A stretch of DNA of 64,000 nucleotides from an uncultured Chloroflexia bacterium (GCA_963780865.1 CAWADT010000009.1:42134-106133); one strand, 5' to 3'; positions 1 to 9,666 are shown, numbered from the stretch's first letter. Numbers and translations: made by a program. The notes: a model not told the origin generated them from the sequence alone.

Positions 1-978
1 CCCAACCATCCCCATCAGGCCGTCGGCCCCATGGCCGGCACCATTTCGCCCTCCGCGCCGGTGTGGGTGATGGAAAACCGCGCCTTTGGCAACCACGCCT
101 TCTGCCGCCAGGTGGAAGGCAACCAGCAGTTTGGAGATTATAGCGAGGAAGCTTTGAAGGGGCTGCGCCTGTGGCGGGATGTCTGGGGACCCACTTTGAA
201 AAAAGGCCTTCACACCATCGGCGGTCTCGAGCTAAAGCCGATCATCACCAAGGCGCTTCAAATGGGAGACGAGCTGCACAACCGCGCCGTTGCCGCCTCC
301 AGCCTGTTCGCCAATGAAATGGCCATGGCGCTGGCGAAAACCGAATTGTCGAAAGAAGACCTGCTCAGCACGCTCGGCTACGTTACCCACCACGATTTGA
401 TCTTCCTCGGATTGTCCATGGCGTCCGGCAAAGCCATCGCCGACCCTGCCCGGGATATTGAATACAGCACGGTGGTCACGGCGATGTCCCGGAATGGAAT
501 CGAGTTCGGCCTGAACGTCAGCGGGTTGGGAAACGAGTGGTTCACCTCTCCATCCCCCAAGGTGGTTGGCCTCTACTTGCCCGGGTACACGGCGGAGGCG
601 GCCGGTCTGGATATGGGCGATTCAGCCATTACCGAAACCGTGGGTTGGGGCGCTTTTACGATCGGCGGCGCGCCCGGGATTCTCGGCCTGGTGGGCGGCA
701 CTCCCGAGGAAGCGCTGGCGTATTCCAAGGAAATGAGAAAAATTACCGTGTCCACTCACCCGACCTATCGCTTGCCCGCCCTCGGCTTTGCCGGGACCGC
801 GATCGGAATCGACATCCGCAAAGTGGTCCAGACCGGGATTGTCCCGATCATCGATACGGCCATTGCCCATAAAGATCCGGGCTACCCGAAGATCGGCGCC
901 GGTCTGGTGCGCGCTCCGCTGGAAGGTTTCAAGCAAGCCCTGATCGCCTTCGGCCGGAAATACGATATCGGCAAATGA
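1..978 (+). CDS. DUF1116 family protein (YahG/YlbE, AllG-like), 5' truncated by window edge
   Basis: Frame is open from base 1 (PNHPHQAVGPMAG); motifs ALQMGDELHNR, STVVTAMSRNG, DMGDSAITE and IDTAIAHK are typical of DUF1116; adjacent to fdrA. Confidence 0.9.
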   Translation, partial: PNHPHQAVGPMAGTISPSAPVWVMENRAFGNHAFCRQVEGNQQFGDYSEEALKGLRLWRDVWGPTLKKGLHTIGGLELKPIITKALQMGDELHNRAVAASSLFANEMAMALAKTELSKEDLLSTLGYVTHHDLIFLGLSMASGKAIADPARDIEYSTVVTAMSRNGIEFGLNVSGLGNEWFTSPSPKVVGLYLPGYTAEAAGLDMGDSAITETVGWGAFTIGGAPGILGLVGGTPEEALAYSKEMRKITVSTHPTYRLPALGFAGTAIGIDIRKVVQTGIVPIIDTAIAHKDPGYPKIGAGLVRAPLEGFKQALIAFGRKYDIGK

Positions 979-1003
979 TTTCGGTAAGGAGGGAAGCCCT
1001 TCC

Positions 1004-2548
1004 ATGATATCCGGCTTCGTGATCCGCAAAAACCAATATTATGATTCGGTTTTTCTGATGAACGTCAGCCGGCGCATGTCGGAAGTAAAAGGCGTTCTGC
1101 AAACGGCCGTTCTGATGGGCAGCCCGGCCAATAAACAGCTGCTGCTGGATATCCACATCCGGAATGACCAGATCGAAAAAGCGCAGCCCAACGATTTGAT
1201 TGTGGTCGTCATCGCCGAATCCCCTTCCATCGTGGAAAATGTTTTGGGACGGCTGGATGAGTGGCTGGAGGCGATTCAGGAAAATGCTCCCGCGCTGAGC
1301 GTTAAATCGCTCGAGGAAGCGCTGTCGCAAAAATCCAATGCCAACCTGGCCGTCATCTCCGTTCCCGGCGAGTATGCCGCCCGGGAAGCAAAAAAAGCGC
1401 TCGCGGCCGGTTTGAACGTGTTTCTTTTCAGCGACAACGTGTCCAGCGACGATGAGCTCGAGCTCAAGCAGTTCGCCGCGGCGCACGGATTGCTGGTGAT
1501 GGGGCCGGATTGCGGCACCAGCCTGATCGGCGGCGCGGGGATCGGATTCGCCAACGCGGTGCGGCGAGGTCCGATCGGAGCGATTGGGGCGGCCGGGACT
1601 GGATTGCAGGAATTTACCAGCCAGGTCCATTTGGCGGGATCCGGAATTTCCCATGCCATCGGAACCGGCAGCCACGATCTTTCCGAGAAAATCAACGGGT
1701 TGACGACCCTGGCGGCGCTGGAGGCTTTGGATGCGGACCGACAGACGAGCATGATTGCGATCATCTCCAAACCGCCGGCCGCCAGCACCCTGGCTGTGCT
1801 ATTCGATCGAATTAAAACCTGCAAAAAAAAGGTGGTGGGTTGTTTCCTGGGAGTCGATCCGGCCTCGCTGAGCGGGAAGCCCAATTTTCAACCGGCGGAC
1901 ACCATCGATGATGCCGTCCGGATCGCCGTCGCATCCGTTAAAGGGCAGGCGGCCCTCCCATCCCTCGGCCTGACCCAGGAAGAGTTGGCCGCCCTCCGGA
2001 CGGAGAAGAAAGGCCGGTTGCCGGAACAAAAATATTTGCGCGGCATCCTGGCGGGGGGAACCTTCTGCTACCAGTCGCAGCAGATCCTGCGCAAAGCCGG
2101 GATAACCATTCACTCCAACAGCCCCTTCGACCGGAAATATCTTCTGGTCGATCCGGACCGCAGCGTGGAAAATACCATCGTGGATCTGGGGGACGAATTT
2201 TACACGACCGGCCGGCCGCACCCGATGATCGATAGCACGATGCGCAAGCGCCGGATCCTGGCGGAGAGCCGCGATCCCCAGGTGGCCGTGCTGTATCTGG
2301 ATTTTATCCTTGGATACAACGCTGCGATGGATCCGGTGGGGGAAATGGTGGAAGCGATCCGCGAAGCCAAACGCAACTCCCGGCAGCGCGGCGGCGCCCT
2401 GACCGTGGTGGCCTCGATCTGCGGGACCGAAACCGATCCCCAGGATTTGAACCTGCAAACGAAAATGCTCCGGGAAGCCGGCGCGCTGGTTTTCCGCAGC
2501 AATGCGCTTGCCTCCGCCGCTCTGTGCGAACTTTTGAAACAGGAGTGA
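1004..2548 (+). CDS. fdrA: FdrA/YahF acyl-CoA synthetase-like protein (AllF-like)
   Basis: YYDSVFLM N-terminus, AVISVPGEYA, VMGPDCGT, HAIGTGSHDL, GRPHPMID phospho-His-type motif; RBS AAGGAGG. Confidence 0.92.
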   Translation: MISGFVIRKNQYYDSVFLMNVSRRMSEVKGVLQTAVLMGSPANKQLLLDIHIRNDQIEKAQPNDLIVVVIAESPSIVENVLGRLDEWLEAIQENAPALSVKSLEEALSQKSNANLAVISVPGEYAAREAKKALAAGLNVFLFSDNVSSDDELELKQFAAAHGLLVMGPDCGTSLIGGAGIGFANAVRRGPIGAIGAAGTGLQEFTSQVHLAGSGISHAIGTGSHDLSEKINGLTTLAALEALDADRQTSMIAIISKPPAASTLAVLFDRIKTCKKKVVGCFLGVDPASLSGKPNFQPADTIDDAVRIAVASVKGQAALPSLGLTQEELAALRTEKKGRLPEQKYLRGILAGGTFCYQSQQILRKAGITIHSNSPFDRKYLLVDPDRSVENTIVDLGDEFYTTGRPHPMIDSTMRKRRILAESRDPQVAVLYLDFILGYNAAMDPVGEMVEAIREAKRNSRQRGGALTVVASICGTETDPQDLNLQTKMLREAGALVFRSNALASAALCELLKQE

Positions 2549-2555
2549 GGCTGGT

Positions 2556-2729
2556 ATGGACACATCGGTGGACACCCTTTTATCCGAACCGGTCGTGGCG
2601 ATCAACCTGGGCTTGAAATCCTTCGGCGCAAGCCTCGAACAGCAGGGAGTGGAGGTTGTCCAGGTGGAATGGGCTCCTCCCGCCGGGGGAGATCAGGAAA
2701 TGATGGATTTGTTGGACGATTTGCTGTAA
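2556..2729 (+). CDS. 57-aa stand-alone FdrA C-terminal / YahG N-terminal domain protein (missed by ORF track)
   Basis: Hand translation MDTSVDTLLSEPVVAINLGLKSFGASLEQQGVEVVQVEWAPPAGGDQEMMDLLDDLL; resembles the VINVG..F...L..Q.V.V.Q.DW.PP.GG module of YahF/YahG. Confidence 0.85.
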   Translation: MDTSVDTLLSEPVVAINLGLKSFGASLEQQGVEVVQVEWAPPAGGDQEMMDLLDDLL

Positions 2730-2741
2730 ACCGGTGAACCC

Positions 2742-3698
2742 ATGAATGTCGAATCGAAACGCAAACTGGCAGTCATCGCCGTCGGCGGGAACGCCTTGAT
2801 CCGCGAAAAAGGGAAAGAATCGCTTCCTGATCAATACGCGGCCGCCTGCGACGCGATGCGGCACGTCGCCTCGATCATCCAGGCCGGCTGGGACGTGATC
2901 ATCACGCACGGAAACGGCCCCCAGGTGGGATTCATCCTCCGGCGTTCGGAACTCACCGATCACGAAATGTTTACCATCTCGCTGGACTTCTGCGGTTCGG
3001 ACACGCAGGGTTCCATTGGCTATATGTTTCAGATGGCGCTGATCAACGAGTTCGGCCGCCGCGGAATGAAGAAACAGGCCGTGACGGTCGTCACGCAGAC
3101 GGTGGTGGACAAAGAGGATCCGGCCTTCACCCATCCCTCCAAGCCGATCGGCTCGTTCATGGACGAAACGGCCGCCGCCGTTCGCCGCAGCAAGGACGGC
3201 TGGACGATTGTGGAAGACGCCGGGCGCGGCTGGCGGCGGGTGGTACCTTCCCCAGCCCCGATTCGAATTGTCCAGCAGGATGCCATCCTGACGCTGATCC
3301 AGGGGGGTTTCACGGTCATCGGCGTCGGGGGAGGGGGAATTCCGGTCATTGAAAATGAAAAAGGCGAACTGGTCGGGGTGGAAGCGGTGATCGACAAGGA
3401 TCTGGCTTCCGCGCTGCTCGCGTACAGCGTCCGGGCGGATCTGTTCATGATCTCCACCGAGGTCGAGAAGGTGGCGATTAACTTCAACAAACCCAACGTC
3501 CGGTGGCTGGACAGCCTGACCATGGCGGAGGCGAAAAAGTACATGGCCGAGGGACAGTTTGGCAAGGGCAGCATGGAGCCGAAAATCACGGCGGTGCTGA
3601 ATTACCTCGAGCATGGAGGCAAGCGCGTCCTGATCACCAACCCGGAGAATCTGTTGCGCGCCCTGAACGGCAAAACGGGGACGTGGATTGTTTCCTGA
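2742..3698 (+). CDS. arcC: Carbamate kinase
   Basis: VIAVGGNAL, THGNGPQVG, PSKPIG, GWRRVVPSP, GGGGIPV, VIDKDLAS, GSMEPK. Confidence 0.95.
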   Translation: MNVESKRKLAVIAVGGNALIREKGKESLPDQYAAACDAMRHVASIIQAGWDVIITHGNGPQVGFILRRSELTDHEMFTISLDFCGSDTQGSIGYMFQMALINEFGRRGMKKQAVTVVTQTVVDKEDPAFTHPSKPIGSFMDETAAAVRRSKDGWTIVEDAGRGWRRVVPSPAPIRIVQQDAILTLIQGGFTVIGVGGGGIPVIENEKGELVGVEAVIDKDLASALLAYSVRADLFMISTEVEKVAINFNKPNVRWLDSLTMAEAKKYMAEGQFGKGSMEPKITAVLNYLEHGGKRVLITNPENLLRALNGKTGTWIVS

Positions 3699-3795
3699 TC
3701 CACTGAGTACCCCGTAGAAAGCAGTAAACTATAACTTGCTGCTCCCCAAGTATTGGCGTGGCAAACTATGAAATATTCCTCATCCGTAATTGCAC

Positions 3796-3947
3796 AGGTC
3801 GTGTAAAACGTACACCGAAACACAGAAAAAATCCGAAATCACCGAAAAATTTTCTTGGGTGAAAAAGCACAACCCAATGTTTTTCAGTGCATTCGGCTCT
3901 TTTCGATGCAATCCGTGTACAAAGGCGGAAGCCCCTCTGAGTGGATA
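3796..3947. repeat. ~150 bp imperfect-hairpin dispersed repeat, copy 1 of 3
   Basis: AAAACGTACACCGA...GTGCATTCGGCTCTTTTCG.TGCAATCCGTGTACAAA.GCGGAAGCCCC recurs at 38241-38392 and 39021-39174. Confidence 0.9.
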
Positions 3948-4175
3948 CCCTCATTTTCTCCGCAGCCTGTGCGTGATCCACAAAGCGCGCGCTTTCTCCC
4001 CGGACGAAGCGGGCGGCTGGTATGGAATACTCGCGGGGAGAACCCCGGCGGTCCTTAGGCAGATAAAAAGTTGGTAAATTCCATCACTGGAATGAAGAAT
4101 TAATGCAAGTTACCCGGCGTTCCGATTGCGGGTTGGTGGAGAATCTACTGAATATAAATTAAGGAGATAAGCTTT

Positions 4176-6224
4176 ATGGCCGTTCTCGATTCCAACCCCG
4201 GCGAACAGCGCGGCTCCCCTGCAGGAGAGGGCCGGAATGAGCAGGCGGAAATCCGGGTGGATTCCGGCGGATTGAACGTTAAAGTACGCGATGTGCCGCT
4301 GTACTCTGGTTCCATCCATTATTGGCGGCATCTCCCGGACGCGTGGCCGACCCTCCTGGAGCGGATTAAGGGGCTGGGGTTTGACATCATCCAAACCCCG
4401 GTCCCGTGGGGCGTTCACGAAACCGGCCCCGGAATTTTCGATTTCGGCGCGACGAATCCCCGAAAAGATTTATCGAAATTCCTGGATCTGTGCCGAAAGG
4501 CTGGGCTCTCGGCCATTCTCGGCGTCGGCCCCTGTGTGGACGAGGATCTTCCCTACGGGGGTTTTCCACAGCGCATCATCGGAAATTCCGCCCTCTGGGC
4601 GCTCACGTCCACCGGCGCGCCGGCGCTCGCCCGCCAAACCAATCCCCCGTGTCCGATCCCATCCTTCGCCAACGAAAAATTCTTCGCGGAGGCGGCAAAA
4701 TTTTTCGACGCCCTGGCGCCGGTGATCAAGCCCCGTCAAAATCCGAAGGGGGCGGTGGTCCTGTGCACGGTAAATATAGAAGCCGCTTTTAGCGGACGGC
4801 GAGGGGGAGAAACCCAGGACTACTCGGCGGACTCCATTTCGCTCTACCGCAAATTTCTTTCGGAAAAATATTCCTCGGTGGAGGCGCTGAACGGCGCGTA
4901 CGGAAAAAATTATTCCTCCTTCTCCGAGATTCAACCGCCGAGGAGCATCAACCCCGCGGACATGCGGGAGGCGCTTTACTATTTGGATTGGATGGAGTTT
5001 GGAGAGTATCTCATCCGGCGCGCCCTGCAGCGGTTTACGCAAATGCTCCGGGAACGGGAACTGGCCGTCCCGCTGGCGATCGACGGCCCGCTCGATATTC
5101 TCACCCCGACCGATTCGACCGCGTGGCAGGGCATTCCGGAAATCTCCCTGTGCGGGATCGAAGTGGATCCCGCCCGGCAGGAATACGCCGAACTGGCGAG
5201 GAACGTACGCTATCTGGCAGGCACGCGCAAGCTCGCCTGGGTGTCCACCTTCGGCTGCGGGGCGTCGTGGATTTCTCCGCGCATCCCGACCCCCGAGGAA
5301 GAGGAGTTCGCCATCCTCGCCGCCATCATGCACGGGATGTCGGGGGTGAATTTTCATCTGCTGGCCGAAGGCGATCGTTGGGTGGGCGCGCCGATAAAGC
5401 GCGAGGGCGCCTACCGCGATGAATACGCGGACCTTTTCCGCCGCTTGAATGATTTCATTTCCCAGTACCAGGTATGGAGCAGTAAAAAAGTTGCCCGCGC
5501 GTTGGTGCTTCTCCCCTATGGGTTGGAGAGATATCGCCGGTTGTTCTCCACCATGAATCAGGCCTATCTGGGGCTGCTTCACGTTCCGGCTATGTTCTCG
5601 GAGATGCCCTCCTCCCCGGTGTTGCTGACGGAGAGCGCGCGGCAGTCGGTGTTGGAGGAGAATAACTGGGTTTCCGAAATCTTCCAAGCTTTGGAACAGG
5701 CGCAGGTGGAATACAACCTCTCCGACACCCACGCTCCCCCGGATGCCTGGAATGAATATGGAATGATTTTCCTGCCCACGGCCGACTTTCTGGATTCCAC
5801 GGAGCAGGAAAAAATATTATCCTTCGTCGAGCGCGGCGGGCATCTGGTCGTCGGGCCGGCGCTGCTTACTCTCGAGCCCGCGTCGGCGCTGACGAAACTC
5901 TGCCAGGCGCCCGAGCCCCAGGTGTACGGAGCGGGAAAAATCATCCCGCTCCAGGCGGTGAATGCGGAATCCATAAACGGCATCCTCCGTCCGGGAATGA
6001 AGAGTTCCCTCGTTCTGGATAATCCAAAGGTTCGCCTGACGATCCGGGAAGGGACCCCGACCTTGTTCTTTTTGGCGAATCCAACCGACGAGGTGCAAAA
6101 AACCAGCCTGGCTTCCCCCTGGCCGGTGCGCTGTTTGTGGAACGCCCCGGAAAATACGCAGGGGGAAAACGTCACGACCGAATTGAAACCCTTCACGATT
6201 CAGGTTTGGGAGGCGGTTCCATGA
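4176..6224 (+). CDS. GH35-like (beta-galactosidase / exo-beta-glucosaminidase fold) protein with degenerate active site and C-terminal trimerisation-like domain
   Basis: SGSIHYWR, GFDIIQTPVPWGVHE, FDF, GP...GGFP motifs; the usual xEFxxG nucleophile motif reads STFGCG. Confidence 0.8.
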   Translation: MAVLDSNPGEQRGSPAGEGRNEQAEIRVDSGGLNVKVRDVPLYSGSIHYWRHLPDAWPTLLERIKGLGFDIIQTPVPWGVHETGPGIFDFGATNPRKDLSKFLDLCRKAGLSAILGVGPCVDEDLPYGGFPQRIIGNSALWALTSTGAPALARQTNPPCPIPSFANEKFFAEAAKFFDALAPVIKPRQNPKGAVVLCTVNIEAAFSGRRGGETQDYSADSISLYRKFLSEKYSSVEALNGAYGKNYSSFSEIQPPRSINPADMREALYYLDWMEFGEYLIRRALQRFTQMLRERELAVPLAIDGPLDILTPTDSTAWQGIPEISLCGIEVDPARQEYAELARNVRYLAGTRKLAWVSTFGCGASWISPRIPTPEEEEFAILAAIMHGMSGVNFHLLAEGDRWVGAPIKREGAYRDEYADLFRRLNDFISQYQVWSSKKVARALVLLPYGLERYRRLFSTMNQAYLGLLHVPAMFSEMPSSPVLLTESARQSVLEENNWVSEIFQALEQAQVEYNLSDTHAPPDAWNEYGMIFLPTADFLDSTEQEKILSFVERGGHLVVGPALLTLEPASALTKLCQAPEPQVYGAGKIIPLQAVNAESINGILRPGMKSSLVLDNPKVRLTIREGTPTLFFLANPTDEVQKTSLASPWPVRCLWNAPENTQGENVTTELKPFTIQVWEAVP

Positions 6225-7162
6225 TCCCTCGAGACGTGGAGATTATCGATCTTTACCCGCCCCACTGGAGAAACCTCCGCACGCTGATCGACTTCTCATG
6301 GATTTCCGATCGGCGGCCGGCGCGTTCCAATATGCTCTCCATCGTCCATCAAGGGGGAACGATCCTGCGCACCTACGCCCCCTCCGGCATTCGTCTTCCC
6401 GACCTGCAGCAAATCGACGATCCGCAGGAGTTGGCCAAGAAACTCTATTACCAATTGGAGGTGCTGGAACGGGTGCAGATCCTTGAAATCCAGAGTCTGG
6501 GCATGTTTTCCGACCGCGTGATGAAGATAGACGGCCGGCAATCCCTGGACGTGGAAGAATTCCTCTTCCGGGCTTTTCGCCAGGCGGATCTGGATCCCGC
6601 CGGGCTCTCCGTTTTCCCGCCGCTCTCCTGGTCCTGGAACGGGTTGCCGCTCGAAAAAATCCGCGAGTGGCTGACCCAGGGGCCGGGACCCAGGGCCTAT
6701 TTCTTCGGAGTGACTCGCGACGAAGCGCCGTGGACGAGCCTGATCCTGCGCGTGGAAGCGGGGAAGCTGCGCCTGATCACCACCCTGGAGCATTTGGCGA
6801 AATACGATTTGCCGCCGGACCGGTTTCCCTCCCGTCCGCAGGATCTCAAAGCCATCTGCGATGCGATCGAAGCGCATGTGGCCCCGGTGCGCGCAGCCAT
6901 GATTTGCAATCATTTTGTTTTATCGTCGCTGCTCGCGGCGGTGGACAAACGCAAGGCGCTCACCGATTTGATCAACGAGTTCGAACCCCAAGACGACCAC
7001 CTCGGTTTCGGCGATGGGGCTGCTGGATTAACCGGGCGCTTGTTTTCCCGCCTCCGCCGGGCGAACCGGGCAAAGGCCGGCCCGGTTGCCGCAAACCAAC
7101 TGCATGCCATCCGGCGTGCGGTTTTTCGTTGGCGGTGCGATTCAATTTTCAGAGATCGCTAG
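6221..7162 (+). CDS. Hypothetical protein (313 aa), translationally coupled to the GH35-like gene
   Basis: ATGA overlap at 6221-6224 after GGAGG; GC-rich coding-like sequence; the last ~60 codons look less protein-like. Confidence 0.7.
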   Translation: MIPRDVEIIDLYPPHWRNLRTLIDFSWISDRRPARSNMLSIVHQGGTILRTYAPSGIRLPDLQQIDDPQELAKKLYYQLEVLERVQILEIQSLGMFSDRVMKIDGRQSLDVEEFLFRAFRQADLDPAGLSVFPPLSWSWNGLPLEKIREWLTQGPGPRAYFFGVTRDEAPWTSLILRVEAGKLRLITTLEHLAKYDLPPDRFPSRPQDLKAICDAIEAHVAPVRAAMICNHFVLSSLLAAVDKRKALTDLINEFEPQDDHLGFGDGAAGLTGRLFSRLRRANRAKAGPVAANQLHAIRRAVFRWRCDSIFRDR

Positions 7163-7202
7163 TCTCATGATGGATTTCCATAAGGCCGTGTGTTCGATCA
7201 AA

Positions 7203-7232
7203 ATGACATCTTTCTTGTTTTTCAGCACACTG
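7203..7232. mobile_element. Truncated MITE end sharing a TTAG junction with the next MITE
   Basis: Reverse complement CAGTGTGCTGAAAAACAAGAAAGATGTCAT matches the left end of the 11683-11898 element. Confidence 0.6.
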
Positions 7233-7236
7233 TTAG

Positions 7237-7396
7237 CAGGATGTTGAAAAAGCCGGTCGAGCCCCGCACCGCGAAGCGGGGCGGGGCCGGGGTAGCCAGC
7301 GTTTTCTGCGGGCGTATCGAGACCCCGCTATTTTTCGGTGGTCTCGATACGCAAAAACCGCTACTCGACCACCTTTTTTCCTTTTTCAGCACCCTG
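7237..7396. mobile_element. 160 bp MITE with CAGGATGTTGAAAAA / TTTTTCAGCACCCTG ends
   Basis: Imperfect 15 bp TIRs, TTAG/TCAG flanks, internal palindrome; inverted relative at 11960-12157. Confidence 0.75.
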
Positions 7397-7466
7397 TCAG
7401 GAACTAGAACATTCATTTTCGGCTAAAATTGTCCCGGCTTCGAAAAGCAGCCAGGAAAGGTCCGCT

Positions 7467-8426
7467 ATGGAAAGAATCAATCTCCCCTACCAACCGATTC
7501 GGCAGCAGCTGTACACCAACTCCGAGTTATTGCAGGGGTATACGCCGGATGATCCGCTTTCCTGGGGACGGACGGTGGATTTTTCCATTTATCATCATTT
7601 CATCAAAGAGGGCGGAGCCACGCCGAACAACCCGTACATCAGGATGATGCAGGCGCTGCACGATAATTCCATCTCGCAATGCACCGCCGATTTTACGGTT
7701 CATCGCAAAGTGGCGGCCATCATGGGGGATCATAAAATGAGGCGCGATTCCGAAGACTATCGGAATCTGGCGATGCTCGCGCGCAGCCTTTCCCGCAAAG
7801 GGATTCTGGTGTGCACCGGCGGCGGACCCGGGGCGATGGAAGCCAGCCACCTGGGGGCATTTCTCTCGGAAAGCGAGGTCTCGGAACTGGATCGCGCATT
7901 GGCCGCGTTGAGGGTTCAGCCCGAGGTCCCGACGCTTGAAAATATCGTAAGCGACAAGGGCGCCATCAACCAGGACCTGCTGGCCAAGGCGCATGCCTGG
8001 CTTCAGCCGGCGTACGAGATCTTCACAGCGGCCCGATCCAAGCACGATAGTCTGGCCGTCCCGACCTGGCGTTACGGCAACGAACCAACCACCACCTTCG
8101 CCACACACGTCGCCAAGTATTTTCAGAACAGCATCCGGGAAGACGGGCTCCTGGCGATCGCCAAGCAGGGCATCGTCTTCTCCAAAGGCAAAGCCGGGAC
8201 CATTCAGGAAATCTTTCAAAACGGCGCGCAGAACTTTTACCGCATGCACGGATATTTCAGCCCGATGGTGTTGCTGGGCGTCGAGCATTGGACCAAGACG
8301 TATCCCGTCGAGGGCGTGCTGGAGAACTTGTTTCAGCAAGAGTTCAAGAAGTACATATTCGTGACGGACGACGTGGAAGAAGCCGCGCAGTTCATCGAGG
8401 CGTTTACCCCTCCGCGGACAAGCTAG
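7467..8426 (+). CDS. LOG-family / Rossmann-fold nucleotide-binding protein
   Basis: TGGGPGAMEA, VPTWRYGNEP, KYFQNSIREDGLL, AGTIQEIFQ; start taken at ATG 7467. Confidence 0.8.
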   Translation: MERINLPYQPIRQQLYTNSELLQGYTPDDPLSWGRTVDFSIYHHFIKEGGATPNNPYIRMMQALHDNSISQCTADFTVHRKVAAIMGDHKMRRDSEDYRNLAMLARSLSRKGILVCTGGGPGAMEASHLGAFLSESEVSELDRALAALRVQPEVPTLENIVSDKGAINQDLLAKAHAWLQPAYEIFTAARSKHDSLAVPTWRYGNEPTTTFATHVAKYFQNSIREDGLLAIAKQGIVFSKGKAGTIQEIFQNGAQNFYRMHGYFSPMVLLGVEHWTKTYPVEGVLENLFQQEFKKYIFVTDDVEEAAQFIEAFTPPRTS

Positions 8427-8524
8427 GCCGACGCAACGCTAGAGTGGGGGGGAATGCCGATTATTGGAACGATCGGCCGCAAGGCTGTTTTTTCCCTTAC
8501 AGGCTGCCCAATCAATTCACCGAA

Positions 8525-8668
8525 AATGAACGACCGCGCAGCAAGCCGCGCGGTATTAAGGTACGCAACCCCTAAGAACTGTGCTGCAAGCCCCGCATTC
8601 TTCGATTAATAAAGAGGAATGCGGGGCAAGCTGCTGGGTATTCATCATCCCGCGAAAGCGGGATAAAG
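8525..8668. repeat. Three-hairpin non-coding element (IS200/IS605-end or PATE-like), copy 1 of 2
   Basis: Hairpins ACCGCGCAGCAAGCCGCGCGGT, CCCCGCATTC..GAATGCGGGG and ATCCCGCGAAAGCGGGAT; inverted copy at 51217-51360. Confidence 0.75.
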
Positions 8669-8794
8669 CCAAAATAATGCGAATAAACCTCGGAGCATCC
8701 CTTGAAATATTGGAAAAAAGCGGATTGCGCGCGATCTTTCGATTTATTAATCTTTTCCGCGCTATAATTATTCAAGCAAGAGAGGCGGTGGATT

Positions 8795-9022
8795 ATGGCC
8801 GAAACAACCGAACGTCGTCACAAACCATTCGAAGGCGCGGTTTCCGAGGAAGCCCGGGCGCACGCGCGCGCCGCCCGGGAAGAGATGCGCAAGAGTTTCG
8901 AAGCTCTGTTTCCACCCGAATTTGCGGAGCATCGGCGCGAAGCCCACAGGGAGTTCCTGCTGGCCGCCCGGGCGATGATCGACGCTTCGCTCAAACGCAT
9001 GGAAGAGCGGAAGAAAGCCTGA
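8795..9022 (+). CDS. Small helical charged hypothetical protein (75 aa)
   Basis: Clean ORF with purine-rich RBS, followed by a terminator hairpin. Confidence 0.75.
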   Translation: MAETTERRHKPFEGAVSEEARAHARAAREEMRKSFEALFPPEFAEHRREAHREFLLAARAMIDASLKRMEERKKA

Positions 9023-9034
9023 CCCTTCCTCCGA

Positions 9035-9063
9035 CGCCCCGCAAACAGCGGGGCGGTTCTTTT
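9035..9063 (+). terminator. Rho-independent terminator
   Basis: CGCCCCGC-AAACA-GCGGGGCG stem followed by GTTCTTTT, just after the 8795-9022 stop. Confidence 0.7.
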
Positions 9064-9079
9064 ATAAATGGAATCAACG

Positions 9080-9666
9080 TCATTCATGTTTGTGCTTGGG
9101 CTGGCGTCGCAGGCGACTGGAATCCAGCACAGGGGGATGAGAAAACTATATGCGCAACTCATGGATGCCCGATAAAATCACCCCCGCTTCGTATTCATCC
9201 CGGCTCATGAACCGGAAGCGAGCCGGGATACTCCGCGAGGGCAGGCTCGGGCATGACGAACATTCGTAAATGAAAGTTGTCATTCCCGCGTGTACCTAGC
9301 GGGAATCCAGTTCTACCGATGCAAGGTAAGCTCTGATTTTTCGTGGATGTCCGCCACGACCCCGCTTCGTATTAATCCCGGCTTATGAACTAGAAGCGAT
9401 CCGGGATACTACGCGAGCGCAGGTGCGGGCACGACGAACATTCGTAAATGACTGTTGTCATTCCCGCGTGTACTTAGCGGGAATCCAGTTCTACCGACGC
9501 AAGGTAAGCTCTGATTTTTCGTGGATGTCCGCCACGACCCCGCTTCGTATTCATCCCGGCTTATGAACCAGAAGCGATCCGGGATACTACGCGAAGGCAG
9601 GTGCGGGCATGACGAACATTCGTAAATGACTATTGTCATTCCCGCGTGTACTTTGCGGGAATCCAT
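9080..9666. repeat. Tandem array of 178 bp palindromic REP-like units (about 3 units)
   Basis: GTCATTCCCGCG at 9279, 9457 and 9635 (period 178); each unit has ATTCCCGCG..GCGGGAAT and ATCCCGGC..CCGGGAT hairpins; degenerate unit from 9080. Confidence 0.9.

Noticed and set aside
6965-7162. Frameshift near the end of the 6221 gene (alternative frame ends SNPKTTTSVSAMGLLD-stop)
   Set aside because: Plausible but cannot be decided without homologs
9080-9666. CRISPR array
   Set aside because: Units are 178 bp and near-identical throughout, with no unique spacers and no cas genes
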